Translations under genes and position numbers: made by a program
The notes under the pieces: generated by a model
Databases searched by the model: none
Seen by the model: the letters and a program-made list of their open reading frames with translations, nothing else
Told to the model about the DNA's origin: nothing
NCBI GenBank assembly: GCA_965222605.1
Contig: OZ244960.1
Location: 672,001-736,000, forward strand
Reading direction: 5' to 3'
Length of the DNA stretch: 64,000 bases
Source: Candidatus Latescibacterota bacterium
GTDB lineage: Bacteria; Latescibacterota; UBA2968
Shown: positions 52,906 to 63,108 of the stretch, one piece after another
Layout of the letters: every line of letters begins with the position of its first letter
Numbering within the stretch: the first letter of the stretch is position 1

Positions 52906-54087
52906 CTGAAAATTTTTCTCAAAAGTACAATTTTGTTCGCGCTATTTGGCCTGATGACCTGCGGGGGCAAAGATACGCTGGGACCGGGAGATTCGGGCAA
53001 TCCTCCTGCCGCCTCTGGCGACACGACATCCGGCAATACTCAGACCTCTGGCTCAATCAATCGCGTGCCGCAAGAAGGCGGCAATTTTCTCAGTGACTTT
53101 CCTGCAGACAGGATTCTATCGGGCGGCGTACCTCCCGATGGCATTCCAGCACTCACCGACCCCCAATTTGTCGATCTCACCTCCAGCGAAGCCGCTTACC
53201 TGAGCGATGAGGATCTCGTCCTCGGCGTGGTCCTCAATGGCGAAGCCAAAGCCTATCCCCACAACATGGGCTGGTGGCACGAAATCATCAACGATGTGGT
53301 TGGCGAACAACCCATTATCGTGAGCTTTTGCCCACTGACGGGAACAGGGCTCATCTTTAACGGACAGGGCAATGACCAATCGCGCATCCATTGTGGGGTC
53401 TCCGGTTTGCTCTTCAACAACAACCTAATTATGTACGACCGCCGTCAACAGGGAACCCTATATCCCCAGATGATCCACATCTCGGTTGAAGGTGGATCAG
53501 ACGAATTACAACTCCTGCCCGTAATCGAAACCACCTGGCGCTACTGGAAACAACTCTATCCCGACTCCAGAGTTATCAGTGCCAATACGGGTGTTTACGC
53601 ACCCAGCAGATACCAGAGCTATCCCTATGGCAATTATCGGGACCCGAATACCGGGCCACTTTTTCCCTCATTTCCCAGTTTGCTCGACAATCCAACCGCA
53701 CAGATCTTTCCGCCCAAAACTCTCACACTGGGTATCCGTTTCGGCGAAACCGCCAAAGCCTATCCCTTTTCCACCATGGGAACGGAAGCCGTCATCAACG
53801 ACGTAGTCGCGGGCAATGCCATTCTCGTCGTCTATTACGATAGAGAGCAATACGCAATACCTTTTGATCGGGTGGTTGACGGTCAAACCCTCACATTTGA
53901 AAAAGCACTTTCCCGCGATACAGTCTATCCCTTTCTACTACGCGACCAGGAGACGGGAAGCACATGGAACCTCAAAGGCGAAGCCATTGTCGGGCCACTC
54001 CAAAATAAAACCTTAGAACAACTGCCTGCCCACAATGCCTTCTGGTTTGCCTGGGCAACCTTCTGGCAGAATACGGGAATTTATTAG
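52906..54087 (+). CDS. DUF3179-family lipoprotein
   Basis: GGVPPDGIPAL, HEIIND, SFCPLTGTG, FWFAW; lipobox LMTC; probable CTG start. Confidence 0.8.
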   Translation: MKIFLKSTILFALFGLMTCGGKDTLGPGDSGNPPAASGDTTSGNTQTSGSINRVPQEGGNFLSDFPADRILSGGVPPDGIPALTDPQFVDLTSSEAAYLSDEDLVLGVVLNGEAKAYPHNMGWWHEIINDVVGEQPIIVSFCPLTGTGLIFNGQGNDQSRIHCGVSGLLFNNNLIMYDRRQQGTLYPQMIHISVEGGSDELQLLPVIETTWRYWKQLYPDSRVISANTGVYAPSRYQSYPYGNYRDPNTGPLFPSFPSLLDNPTAQIFPPKTLTLGIRFGETAKAYPFSTMGTEAVINDVVAGNAILVVYYDREQYAIPFDRVVDGQTLTFEKALSRDTVYPFLLRDQETGSTWNLKGEAIVGPLQNKTLEQLPAHNAFWFAWATFWQNTGIY

Positions 54088-54142
54088 ACGGACATGTCCT
54101 TCACAAAACACAGGGCGATTCGCCTGTGTTTTGGAGCCCTCC

Positions 54143-55024
54143 ATGCACTGCTTTTATTGGCTTGCCCTCTTCATACTCTTGCCCCATACCGCTTATGCGG
54201 GTGCCTGGACATTAAAAAAAGGCCATCTCTGGGGCAAAATCACAGGCATGGCGCAATCGACAAATAAAGAATATGTGGCCGTTGGCGGCGCAGGCCGCGA
54301 ACCCGATCTCAATCGCCTCTATGAACCCGGAGACCGCGCGCACTATCGCGAAAATGGACACTACAATTCACAAGCACTCTTCATCGACCTGTTTTACGGC
54401 CTGAGCGATCGCATCGACTTCGGCATACAAATCCCCTACTATCGCCGGGAATTTGAAAACATCGGCTTCAGACCGGCAAATATCGCATCGGGTTTTGGTG
54501 ACATGCGAGGATTTGCGAAAATTAACATTGCACAAACCCCTGTTGTAAGCACACTAAAATTTGGAACCAAAGTCCCCACCGGAAAATTCCAAAACCAGGA
54601 GGGGATTATTTCTGCCGGCGAAGGCCAATGGGACTTTGATTTTATGTTGCAAATTGGCCGATCTTTTTGGCCCTTACCACTTTACGCCAACATCGATTGG
54701 GGGTATCGCGTCCGCCTGAAAAACAATACCACCAATTACGACCCTGGCGACGAGTGGTTTTTTAACTCAGAAATCGGTTATAATCCCATCGACAAACTCC
54801 TCTTTGTCCTTAAATTAGAGGACATCAGAGGCAGACCTTCCCGCGTATTGGGCCTCAAACTATCCAGCGATATCAGACGCATTACCTATTTCGCGCCCAC
54901 GCTCCTCATAGGACCCTTTCAAAACCTGAGCTTCGAAATCTCGGTGCGTATAACTGCTGGCGGGCGCAATTTCCCCGCCGGCCATATATGGACCGCAGGA
55001 ATTTCATACTCGGGTCCCCTTTGA
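54143..55024 (+). CDS. Outer-membrane barrel 'transporter' (MetA-pathway/SphA-like)
   Basis: Signal peptide AYA-GAW, SGFGD, KVPTG, DPGDE. Confidence 0.65.
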   Translation: MHCFYWLALFILLPHTAYAGAWTLKKGHLWGKITGMAQSTNKEYVAVGGAGREPDLNRLYEPGDRAHYRENGHYNSQALFIDLFYGLSDRIDFGIQIPYYRREFENIGFRPANIASGFGDMRGFAKINIAQTPVVSTLKFGTKVPTGKFQNQEGIISAGEGQWDFDFMLQIGRSFWPLPLYANIDWGYRVRLKNNTTNYDPGDEWFFNSEIGYNPIDKLLFVLKLEDIRGRPSRVLGLKLSSDIRRITYFAPTLLIGPFQNLSFEISVRITAGGRNFPAGHIWTAGISYSGPL

Positions 55025-55180
55025 CGCTATACCTGCCGGGTTTACGCATCTTCCCAAAAATCTGTATTTATATTGTAAAAAACTCTTCTTTTGGGTATCT
55101 TCGCACACAAGCAGTTTGAACAGCGGACCGATTACCGCCGGGCTGCTTATGGTAAACCAACCTCATCAGAAAGGATCGAA

Positions 55181-56074
55181 ATGAGCATTTCCACACCACA
55201 TTTTAACCCGTGTATAAAGTTCCTTCTCGCCATCGCCCTCTGTGCCCTATTGCCTCATACCGCTTATGCAGGCGCGTGGACACTTCAAAAGGGCCATTTT
55301 TGGGGCAAAATTACAACCTTAATTACATCAACCTCAGAAAGATATAACGCGGAAGGAACTACAGGTAGTTTTGGGCCACCCGCTGCAGCTGCTGTATATA
55401 AGTCACGGTCAGTGTATCTCGACTTTTTTTACGGCATAAACGACCGCGTTGACATTGGCTTACAAATCCCCTTTTCCAGCAATAAATATGATCACGACAA
55501 TTTTAATTTTCCAGGTTTTATTGCTCTGGACGCATCGGGTATTGGAGACGTTCGCGGATTTGCCAAAATCAACCTCGTGCAAGAATCTGTTGTGGCAACC
55601 CTCAAATTGGGCTTCAAAGCCCCAACAGGCTCTTATGACGATGGGCAAGACCCCGCAGGTGCGTATAAAAATGAGGGCATGACCGTGGGATCGGGCCAAT
55701 CAGATATTGACTTGATTCTGCAATTGGGCCGGTCTTTTTATCCCGCTCCCGTTTACGCCAATCTCGACCTGGGGTATCGTTTCCGCATGGAAAACAGTAC
55801 CAGCGGATTTAACCCTGGTGAAGAGATAATTTACAATGCTGAGGTCGGTGTCAATCCCACCGACATACTCCTCCTCGCGCTCAAGTTAGAAGGCATCTAT
55901 GGCTCAAAAGGCAGCAGGGGGAATGACGATATAGGCATCACGTATCTTGCCCCCACAGTGCTCATTAGTGTACATCAAAATCTGAGTATTGAAGCCTCGG
56001 TGCGCGTCCCAGTTGCCGGACGCAATTTCTTCGGTGGCCGCTTGTGGGGCGTAGGGCTTTATTTTCAAAAGTAA
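55181..56074 (+). CDS. Paralogous outer-membrane barrel 'transporter'
   Basis: LLPHTAYAGAWTL shared with the preceding gene; SGIGD, KAPTG. Confidence 0.65.
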   Translation: MSISTPHFNPCIKFLLAIALCALLPHTAYAGAWTLQKGHFWGKITTLITSTSERYNAEGTTGSFGPPAAAAVYKSRSVYLDFFYGINDRVDIGLQIPFSSNKYDHDNFNFPGFIALDASGIGDVRGFAKINLVQESVVATLKLGFKAPTGSYDDGQDPAGAYKNEGMTVGSGQSDIDLILQLGRSFYPAPVYANLDLGYRFRMENSTSGFNPGEEIIYNAEVGVNPTDILLLALKLEGIYGSKGSRGNDDIGITYLAPTVLISVHQNLSIEASVRVPVAGRNFFGGRLWGVGLYFQK

Positions 56075-56100
56075 TCTGTAAATGCACAGCGAGCAAATTT

Positions 56101-56134
56101 GAGCGGGCGGATGTTTCGCCCGCTCTTCTTTTTT
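56101..56134. terminator. Terminator between convergent genes
   Basis: gagcgggcgg-atgtt-tcgcccgctc plus T tract. Confidence 0.7.
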
Positions 56135-57338
56135 ATAAAATCACATGTTCGCCACCCGTACCTAAACGCCCGTGATCCCAGGGCGTAATCCAGTCTTCGG
56201 CAATATCCATTCCAAATCCCGGCGCATCCGACGGCACCAAATAGCCATCTTTCGGCACGGGCACGCCCGGCAATCGCGCGACCTCTTCCAGAGGCACTCC
56301 CACAGGTGTGCTCAAATGAAATTCACACAGGGTACACTCGGGCATCGCATAGCAAAAATGCTGCCCATAAGCCGAATTACAGCCTCCGTGCGGACTGCTC
56401 TTAATACCAGCGGCTTCGGCAATGTGGTGAATCTTCACGGCTTCGGTCATCCCCCCGCACCAGTGCAAATCGGGTTGCACGACATCCACACAGCGATTTT
56501 CCACAAGTTGGCGAAACGGAATCCGCGTGTGATGATCCTCACCGGTTGCTATTGGGATCCAGGTCATGGCTTTTCGCAATTGAATATGCCCTTCGAGATC
56601 TTCTGGAAACAGCGGTTCTTCCATCCACCGCAATTCGTAAGGTCTGAGCCGTTCTGCCAGACGAATGGCAAATTCCACATCATAAGCCATCACGGGATTG
56701 ATCATCAACTCGGCATTCTTGCCCACAGTTTCTCGGGCAAGGGCGACCTTTTCTTCCATGATATTCATACCCACAATACCCTGTTCGTAATGCACGGGAT
56801 TCGTAATCTTAAACGCCTCAAATCCAAGCTCCATCGACCAATCGAGATCATCGCCTGTACAATAACACCGAATTTTCTCGCGGGATGGTCCGCCGAGCAA
56901 TCTGTAAACCGGCTGATCGAGCAACTTCCCCTTCAAATCCCACAGAGCCAGATCAATCGCACTTTGCGCGCAGGCAGACAATCCCAGCGACCCATGCCTT
57001 TTGGAAGCCCGCCACATCATATCATTGAGATGCTCTGTCGCAAAACAGTCTCGTCCTTCCAATAGCGGCGCGTAAAAAGCATCGACCAATGCAGCAACCG
57101 GTTCGCCAAATCCCGTCCTGCCGAGACCCCATGTGCCGTCCTCAGCCGTTATTTTAACCCACACACCCCGCCCGCCAATACCCGGCGACTTGCTCGGCAC
57201 ATCTGGCGGAAACTCCGGATATTTATTCATCGGCAGGCCAATCGGCGACGAAAGCCGCCAGCTCGAACGGCGTGCGGGTGTTATCGGTTTTTGTTGTGGA
57301 ATAGAAACATCCACAGCTTCAATGGATTTAATCTTCAT
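56133..57338 (-). CDS. Mandelate racemase/enolase-superfamily acid-sugar dehydratase (L-rhamnonate dehydratase-like)
   Basis: SAIDLALWDLKGK, WMEEP, ATGED, QPDLHWCGG. Confidence 0.85.
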   Translation of the reverse strand: MKIKSIEAVDVSIPQQKPITPARRSSWRLSSPIGLPMNKYPEFPPDVPSKSPGIGGRGVWVKITAEDGTWGLGRTGFGEPVAALVDAFYAPLLEGRDCFATEHLNDMMWRASKRHGSLGLSACAQSAIDLALWDLKGKLLDQPVYRLLGGPSREKIRCYCTGDDLDWSMELGFEAFKITNPVHYEQGIVGMNIMEEKVALARETVGKNAELMINPVMAYDVEFAIRLAERLRPYELRWMEEPLFPEDLEGHIQLRKAMTWIPIATGEDHHTRIPFRQLVENRCVDVVQPDLHWCGGMTEAVKIHHIAEAAGIKSSPHGGCNSAYGQHFCYAMPECTLCEFHLSTPVGVPLEEVARLPGVPVPKDGYLVPSDAPGFGMDIAEDWITPWDHGRLGTGGEHVIL

Positions 57339-57350
57339 AATTCCTCCAAT

Positions 57351-57950
57351 TCATGCGTTGACCATATAGCCAAAAATGAGAAACACGATCCCAGCCCCCA
57401 CAATACTACCCACCAAAACCTGAGACACAGAATGTGCCTGTAATACGAGCCGCGCCCACGAAACCAGCCCCGCGGGAACAACCGCCCACCAACCACCATA
57501 AAGCGCGATTACCACACCACAGGCAGCCCAAAGTCCCATGGCGTGTAAGCTAATTTTCCACTGCATCGTTATCAACAGCGCGATCGTCCCCTGAACTGCA
57601 ACGCAGACCATCAGCGCGTATAGCGCGGGCGGCGAGTGTATCAGATACAGGAAGCCAACACCCATCCAGGAACTTACCGTAAAAAAGAAAAGCGGTCGCA
57701 GCCGGTCGCGGCACTCTGGAATAAATAACCCGCTGATCTCGCCCCGACGGCGCATGTGCAACACCGCGAACCAGGGCGCAAAAACTGTAAAGAAGAGTGC
57801 GACCAATGCACACAAGACAATCCAGGGACCCGATCCAGATGCCTTGAGAGATACCAGCACAATCACAATCCCCAGCGCAATCATGGGATTTAAGACCTGA
57901 GAAATGTACATGGCAAACTTCTCTTTATCAATCATAAGCTTTCCCATCAT
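57351..57950 (-). CDS. PAP2-like membrane protein
   Basis: WKISLH, WARLVLQAHSVSQV, hydrophobic. Confidence 0.7.
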   Translation of the reverse strand: MMGKLMIDKEKFAMYISQVLNPMIALGIVIVLVSLKASGSGPWIVLCALVALFFTVFAPWFAVLHMRRRGEISGLFIPECRDRLRPLFFFTVSSWMGVGFLYLIHSPPALYALMVCVAVQGTIALLITMQWKISLHAMGLWAACGVVIALYGGWWAVVPAGLVSWARLVLQAHSVSQVLVGSIVGAGIVFLIFGYMVNA

Positions 57951-58027
57951 TTTTAAACAAAATAACGAACCCCGCTCAGAAAATCAAAACAATGTGAAAA
58001 TCAAATTTTGCTCTCGGATACGATACC

Positions 58028-58056
58028 TTGACAACACCTTTGCATTAAACTATTTT
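58028..58056 (+). promoter_or_regulatory. Sigma70-type promoter
   Basis: TTGACA-17 nt-TATTTT. Confidence 0.55.
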
Positions 58057-58118
58057 GCTAACATTATCCGATAACTATCACAAATAGTTATACACTTCTC
58101 AGAAAAGAGGAGCGCAAC

Positions 58119-58910
58119 ATGACACCTGAAACAGCCCTGAAAACTCGGGAAGACATGCTCCGCGATGGGTACTGCGTTATCGACGATATTTTGACAGACG
58201 AATTCATAGAAGAACTGCGCGAAGAATCCGAGCGGTTAATCGCCAATCACTATGAACACGAGGATTTCAGATATCAGGGCCAACACGTGAATGTACGCGG
58301 TGAAGACAATCCAATCATCCAAAAACTGCTTGAGTGGGAACCATCGCGGCGGGCACTCGAACAATTGGGCTTTGGAGATTTCCATACCAGCGGCGGCATC
58401 ATCATCCTCACCAAAGAACCGAAAGGACCACCGCTCTACTGGCACCAGGACTGGATGCAATGGAACGATCCCATGAGTTGCTCGCCCTGGCCGCAGATCA
58501 TATTTCTGAATTATTATCTAACCGATACCGCAGTAGAAAACGGCTGTTTGAAAGTCATCCCCGGCACCCATCTCAAACGCATACCACTCCACGATCAACT
58601 GGTGCCAGCACACGAACAAGGCGCCCGATTTATAGAAGAAACTCATCCCCTCATGTTTAGCAATCACCCGGATGAAGTCAACGTACCCATCTCTGCCCGC
58701 TCGCTGGTTCTGGGCGATGCCCGCATCCTGCACTCTGCCGGAAGAAATTACACAGATGAACGCAGAACCCTGATTCTCGCCTGGCACAGACGCCCCACCA
58801 CCGATGTGCCAGACTACTGGAAAGGAGATATCCCCGAAGTCATAGCCAACCGCAATCCCGATCAAAAGTACGAAGGATCGCGCCTTCCCGGCGAATACCT
58901 GAAACCGTAA
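58119..58910 (+). CDS. PhyH-family dioxygenase
   Basis: WHQD, NGCLKVIPGTH, ILHSAGRN. Confidence 0.85.
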   Translation: MTPETALKTREDMLRDGYCVIDDILTDEFIEELREESERLIANHYEHEDFRYQGQHVNVRGEDNPIIQKLLEWEPSRRALEQLGFGDFHTSGGIIILTKEPKGPPLYWHQDWMQWNDPMSCSPWPQIIFLNYYLTDTAVENGCLKVIPGTHLKRIPLHDQLVPAHEQGARFIEETHPLMFSNHPDEVNVPISARSLVLGDARILHSAGRNYTDERRTLILAWHRRPTTDVPDYWKGDIPEVIANRNPDQKYEGSRLPGEYLKP

Positions 58911-58959
58911 AAGAATAGGCAAAAATGCATCAACGTTTGAGCTACAGGAGCCATATTTT

Positions 58960-59964
58960 ATGAAAGCCACAGCACTCATCACCTACGAAGGTCCCACCTT
59001 TGCCTGCGAAGACATCATCCTTCCCGATCCACGCCCCGATCAAATCGCGGTACAAACCCGGTATTCCGGTGTCAGCATCGGCACTGAATTTGCCGCCATT
59101 ACCCGCAAGCTCGACTACGGTCCCTATCCCCTGTGTACGGGCTATCAGGCCGTCGGCACTGTCGAACACATCGGCAAAGACGCGACCGGCTTCGCTGTTG
59201 GCGACCGCGTCTATTACCGCTGGAACCGCGTCTTCTCCCTCGCTACAACCGGTCAAAAAGTCTCTGCCAGCCAGGGCGCACACACCTCTGCCGCAGTCCT
59301 GGACACACAGGGACCGCGAGCCTTTGTCGCCCACCTGCCCGATGGCGTCGATGAAGCCGCCGCCAGCTTATTCGTCATGCCCGCCGTGGGCCTCAACGGC
59401 GTGGATATGGCCAACCCCCGGATGGGCGACCGCGTTGTCGTATATGGCTGTGGCCTCGTCGGCCTGGGCGTCGTCGCTGCATGCAGCCACCGGGGTTGTG
59501 AAGTCATCGCCATAGACCTGGAAGCCAACCGCCTCGATATCGCACAAAAACTCGGCGCCGACCACCTCATTCACAGCGCGGATGCAAACGAAGCGGTTCA
59601 CGACATCGCCCCCGACGGTGCCGACGTCGTCTTCGAATGCACGGGCATACCCGCCTGCATCGACCCGGCCATCGCCCTTTGCCGCACCCATGGGACCTTC
59701 ATTCTTCAGGGCAACTACGGCCGTCACCCCATCTCTTATAATTTCTTACCGCCCCACGGGAAACGCCTCACCATGTACTATCCCTGCAACGACGGCGAAG
59801 CCCCCTGTCGCCGCGCCGTCATCAAAAACATGGGCACTGGCGTTCTCCCCTGGCACCACACCATCACCCATGAGGTCGCATCTTCAGACGCTGCGGATCT
59901 CTACCGGGACATCCTCAACGGCGAAGCCAAAAGCGTTATCGGTGCCGTCATCAGGTGGTTCTGA
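58960..59964 (+). CDS. MDR zinc-binding alcohol dehydrogenase family
   Basis: SGVSIGTE, GYQAVG, GCGLVG, DVVFECTG. Confidence 0.85.
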   Translation: MKATALITYEGPTFACEDIILPDPRPDQIAVQTRYSGVSIGTEFAAITRKLDYGPYPLCTGYQAVGTVEHIGKDATGFAVGDRVYYRWNRVFSLATTGQKVSASQGAHTSAAVLDTQGPRAFVAHLPDGVDEAAASLFVMPAVGLNGVDMANPRMGDRVVVYGCGLVGLGVVAACSHRGCEVIAIDLEANRLDIAQKLGADHLIHSADANEAVHDIAPDGADVVFECTGIPACIDPAIALCRTHGTFILQGNYGRHPISYNFLPPHGKRLTMYYPCNDGEAPCRRAVIKNMGTGVLPWHHTITHEVASSDAADLYRDILNGEAKSVIGAVIRWF

Positions 59965-59979
59965 AAAAGGAGTATCACA

Positions 59980-61032
59980 ATGGACAACTTAAAAGTTGGA
60001 ATTATCGGTCTGGGCGGCATTGCCCGGTCTCACTGCGACGCCATTGAAACCCTGGACAACGTCGAAATCGTCGCCGTTGCCGACCTCATTGAGGAAAAGC
60101 GCCGCGAATACATGGGCAAATACGACATTCCCAAAAGCTATCCCTCCCACACCGACCTCTTGAAGGACCCCGAAATCGACGCTGTCGCCATCACCCTGGG
60201 CCACCAACTCCACCATCGCCTCACCGTTGATGCTTGCAAAGCTGGCAAACACGTTCTGGTGGAAAAACCCATGGCCATCAACCTGGAACAGTGCGACAAC
60301 ATGGTCGCAGCCGCAGCCGATAATGGGGTCAAATTGATGGTCGGCCTGACGCAGCACTACTACGGCACCAGCATCAAAGCAAAAGAAATACTGAACTCTG
60401 GCGCACTGGGACCCGTCATCACCGCCGTGTGTTATATGTCCAAAAACTGGAGCTACGCCGGTCGCCGCCCGCAGTACCGCAGCCGCTACCACGGCGGGGG
60501 CATGTGGTTGACCAATGGCGTACACGTAGTAGATCGACTCACCTGGATGATCGGCTCACAGGCAGTATCCGTCTCAGCCGCTATTGGAACCCGCGCCCAC
60601 TACCAGGCCGCAGATGACTCGGCCACGGCCTTCGTCCGCTATAAAAACGGTCTCGCAGGCATTGCCATAGCCGTTGGATTTGCAGATGGTGCGCCCGACC
60701 ACGAATGTCAGGTCATCTGTGCAAATGGCACATTGCGCTTTTCCGAACACGGCGACAAATACATCAAAGTCGGAAAAAACAATCAGTGGGAAAGCGTCCC
60801 CTTCGACGAGCCGCCCTCCACAATGCACAACGAGTGGAAAGCCTTTGCCGAAGCCATCGCCCTGGACATTGAACCGCCCACCCACGGCGAATGGGCACGC
60901 CACATTATGGAAATCCTATTTGCCGCCGAACAATCTGCCATCACCGGTCGAGAAGTCGCATTGGAAAGCGGACCGGGCTGGTTCAACCAGCGTTCTGGCT
61001 CGCCCGTGACAACGCAACACGGCTGGATATGA
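59980..61032 (+). CDS. Gfo/Idh/MocA oxidoreductase
   Basis: GIIGLGGI, GKHVLVEKP, GGGMWLTNGVH. Confidence 0.9.
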   Translation: MDNLKVGIIGLGGIARSHCDAIETLDNVEIVAVADLIEEKRREYMGKYDIPKSYPSHTDLLKDPEIDAVAITLGHQLHHRLTVDACKAGKHVLVEKPMAINLEQCDNMVAAAADNGVKLMVGLTQHYYGTSIKAKEILNSGALGPVITAVCYMSKNWSYAGRRPQYRSRYHGGGMWLTNGVHVVDRLTWMIGSQAVSVSAAIGTRAHYQAADDSATAFVRYKNGLAGIAIAVGFADGAPDHECQVICANGTLRFSEHGDKYIKVGKNNQWESVPFDEPPSTMHNEWKAFAEAIALDIEPPTHGEWARHIMEILFAAEQSAITGREVALESGPGWFNQRSGSPVTTQHGWI

Positions 61033-62123
61033 AAATTTTATTTGTCGCGCAGTATGGCCCCTTAGCCGCCAGCAGCCGCACGCGGGTCTTTGATTACTTG
61101 CCCCTGTTGCGGCGGGCGGGCGTCACCTGTGATGTCAAAGTCGTGACGCCCGATGACCTGATCAAACGCAATACTGGAGGTATTTTTTCACGCCTTCTGT
61201 ACTATGCTCTGTCCTATTTTCGCGCCTTATGGACGGGATGGGCTTGCGTTTTTAAAGCGCCGCAATACGATGCCATACTGATTCAAAAAACGCTGTTTTC
61301 TTTTCCCATACCACACCTGTTGCGGCGGTACAGGCACAAAATATTTTTTGATTTCGACGACGCTATTTTTACACTCGAAAACCCCAACGAGAGTTGGATC
61401 AACCGGTTGCGAACCCGGCGGCGCGCAATGGGCGTACCCGCGATGTTGCAAATAGCACACTGCGCGATTGTAGAAAATGCCTACACCGCTGAATTTGCAG
61501 CCCGTTATTGTCCTTATGTTTCACAAATCACAGGGCCTATTGATACTGCGCGTTATATCCCTGCAAAAAAATCGACGGACAAAAAAATCGCATTGGGATG
61601 GATTGGTAGCCAGTGGACAACGCGGTATTTAGACTTGATTCGAGACCCATTGGCCGTTCTCTCGCAACAATATCTCAATTTGGAATTGCGCTTGATTGGT
61701 GCGGGTGACTTTGATGTACCCGATCTGCAAATTGCGCGCATGGACTGGGCACTGGAAACCGAAGTTGGTCATTTACAGACATTTGACATTGGCTTGATGC
61801 CCCTACCCGACGATCCTTTTACGCGGGGCAAAGGAGGGTATAAATTACTGCAATACATGGCCTGCGGATTGCCCGTAGTGGCGAGTCCAGTCGAAATCAA
61901 CCGCGAAATCGTCACCCATGGAGAAACCGGATTTTTGGCTGAGACAGACGGCGAGTGGATCGAATTTTTGGGCACATTGATCGAAAATAAAACCCTGCGA
62001 AATCGCATGGGGGCTGCCAGCCGCGGCCGTGTGATCGCGCATTATGCACTCGAAAAAAGCAGCGAACAATTGCTGGCCCTTCTGCAGCGGAGCATACACC
62101 CATGCGACACGCTTTCACAGTAG
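61029..62123 (+). CDS. GT4 glycosyltransferase
   Basis: FDFDDA, DIGLMP, KGGYKLLQYMACGLPVVAS. Confidence 0.9.
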   Translation: MKILFVAQYGPLAASSRTRVFDYLPLLRRAGVTCDVKVVTPDDLIKRNTGGIFSRLLYYALSYFRALWTGWACVFKAPQYDAILIQKTLFSFPIPHLLRRYRHKIFFDFDDAIFTLENPNESWINRLRTRRRAMGVPAMLQIAHCAIVENAYTAEFAARYCPYVSQITGPIDTARYIPAKKSTDKKIALGWIGSQWTTRYLDLIRDPLAVLSQQYLNLELRLIGAGDFDVPDLQIARMDWALETEVGHLQTFDIGLMPLPDDPFTRGKGGYKLLQYMACGLPVVASPVEINREIVTHGETGFLAETDGEWIEFLGTLIENKTLRNRMGAASRGRVIAHYALEKSSEQLLALLQRSIHPCDTLSQ

Positions 62124-62929
62124 ATGTCGAAGATTGGTATCAGGGCATACCGATCTCCAATCAAATATCCGCGCAAAGCGAGCCGCGCCTTGAGAGAAGT
62201 TGCCATCGCTTGCTCGATATAATGGCAGAATACGATGTTCGCGGCACATTCTTTATCCTGGGACCAGTGGCGCAGCATTATCCCGACTTAATACGCCGCA
62301 TAGCCGATGAAGGTCACGAATTGGGATGCCACGGTTGGTCTCACGATCTCGTCTATGAAATGACGCCCAGGCGATTCCGAGAAGAAACACAGCGGGCTTC
62401 TGCTGTGATCTCCAATGTAACGGCACAACCCGTAACAGCCTATCGCGCGGCCTATTTCTCCATTACAGCGCGATCATTATGGGCCCTGGATATCTTGGCA
62501 GAACTCGGATTTCAGTGCGATTCGAGTATTTTTCCAGTGCATAACTGGCGCTATGGAATTCCCGATTTTGATTTGGCTCCGCGTACTGTAAAAACCGCCT
62601 CAGGATCAATTTGCGAAATTCCAATGTCTGTGCGCCAGGTGGGAAAAATGCGATTGCCTGTAACTGGAGGCGCGTATTTCAGGCTATTTCCCTATTTTGT
62701 GAGCCGCGCAAATATGAGGGCCTTGGGCAAACAACGGCGGGCTGTGGTCTTTTATCTACACCCGTGGGAACTCGATCCCGATCACCCACGGATCGCATTT
62801 TACTGGAAGGCGCGTTTGACGCACTATGCCAATTTGAAAGCAACAGAGCCTCGATTGCGGCGATTATTGGCCGATTTCTCTTTTTGCCCGCTACGTGAAA
62901 TAGCATTGCAAATGAGAAAAGATGAATGA
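62102..62929 (+). CDS. Polysaccharide deacetylase (DUF3473 type)
   Basis: TVDVEDWY, HELGCHGWSH, GGAYFRL, YLHPWELD. Confidence 0.9.
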   Translation: MRHAFTVDVEDWYQGIPISNQISAQSEPRLERSCHRLLDIMAEYDVRGTFFILGPVAQHYPDLIRRIADEGHELGCHGWSHDLVYEMTPRRFREETQRASAVISNVTAQPVTAYRAAYFSITARSLWALDILAELGFQCDSSIFPVHNWRYGIPDFDLAPRTVKTASGSICEIPMSVRQVGKMRLPVTGGAYFRLFPYFVSRANMRALGKQRRAVVFYLHPWELDPDHPRIAFYWKARLTHYANLKATEPRLRRLLADFSFCPLREIALQMRKDE

Positions 62930-63108
62930 GGTCATCAGAACCTATCTGTGGGAGGTACATTTCACTTTAGGTTTCTGATTGCCTTTAAGCATTCGAGACC
63001 TTATATTTAAATGTTTTGGGTGGGGTATTGTGTACCGTGTTGTAAAAGAGTGGGGATTGTATTTGTCGGAAGATATGCGCTGCTCGACAATGGGAAAGGA
63101 ATAAATAC

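Noticed and set aside
53320-53350. Selenocysteine in the DUF3179 protein
   Set aside because: The motif reads CPLT with no in-frame TGA.
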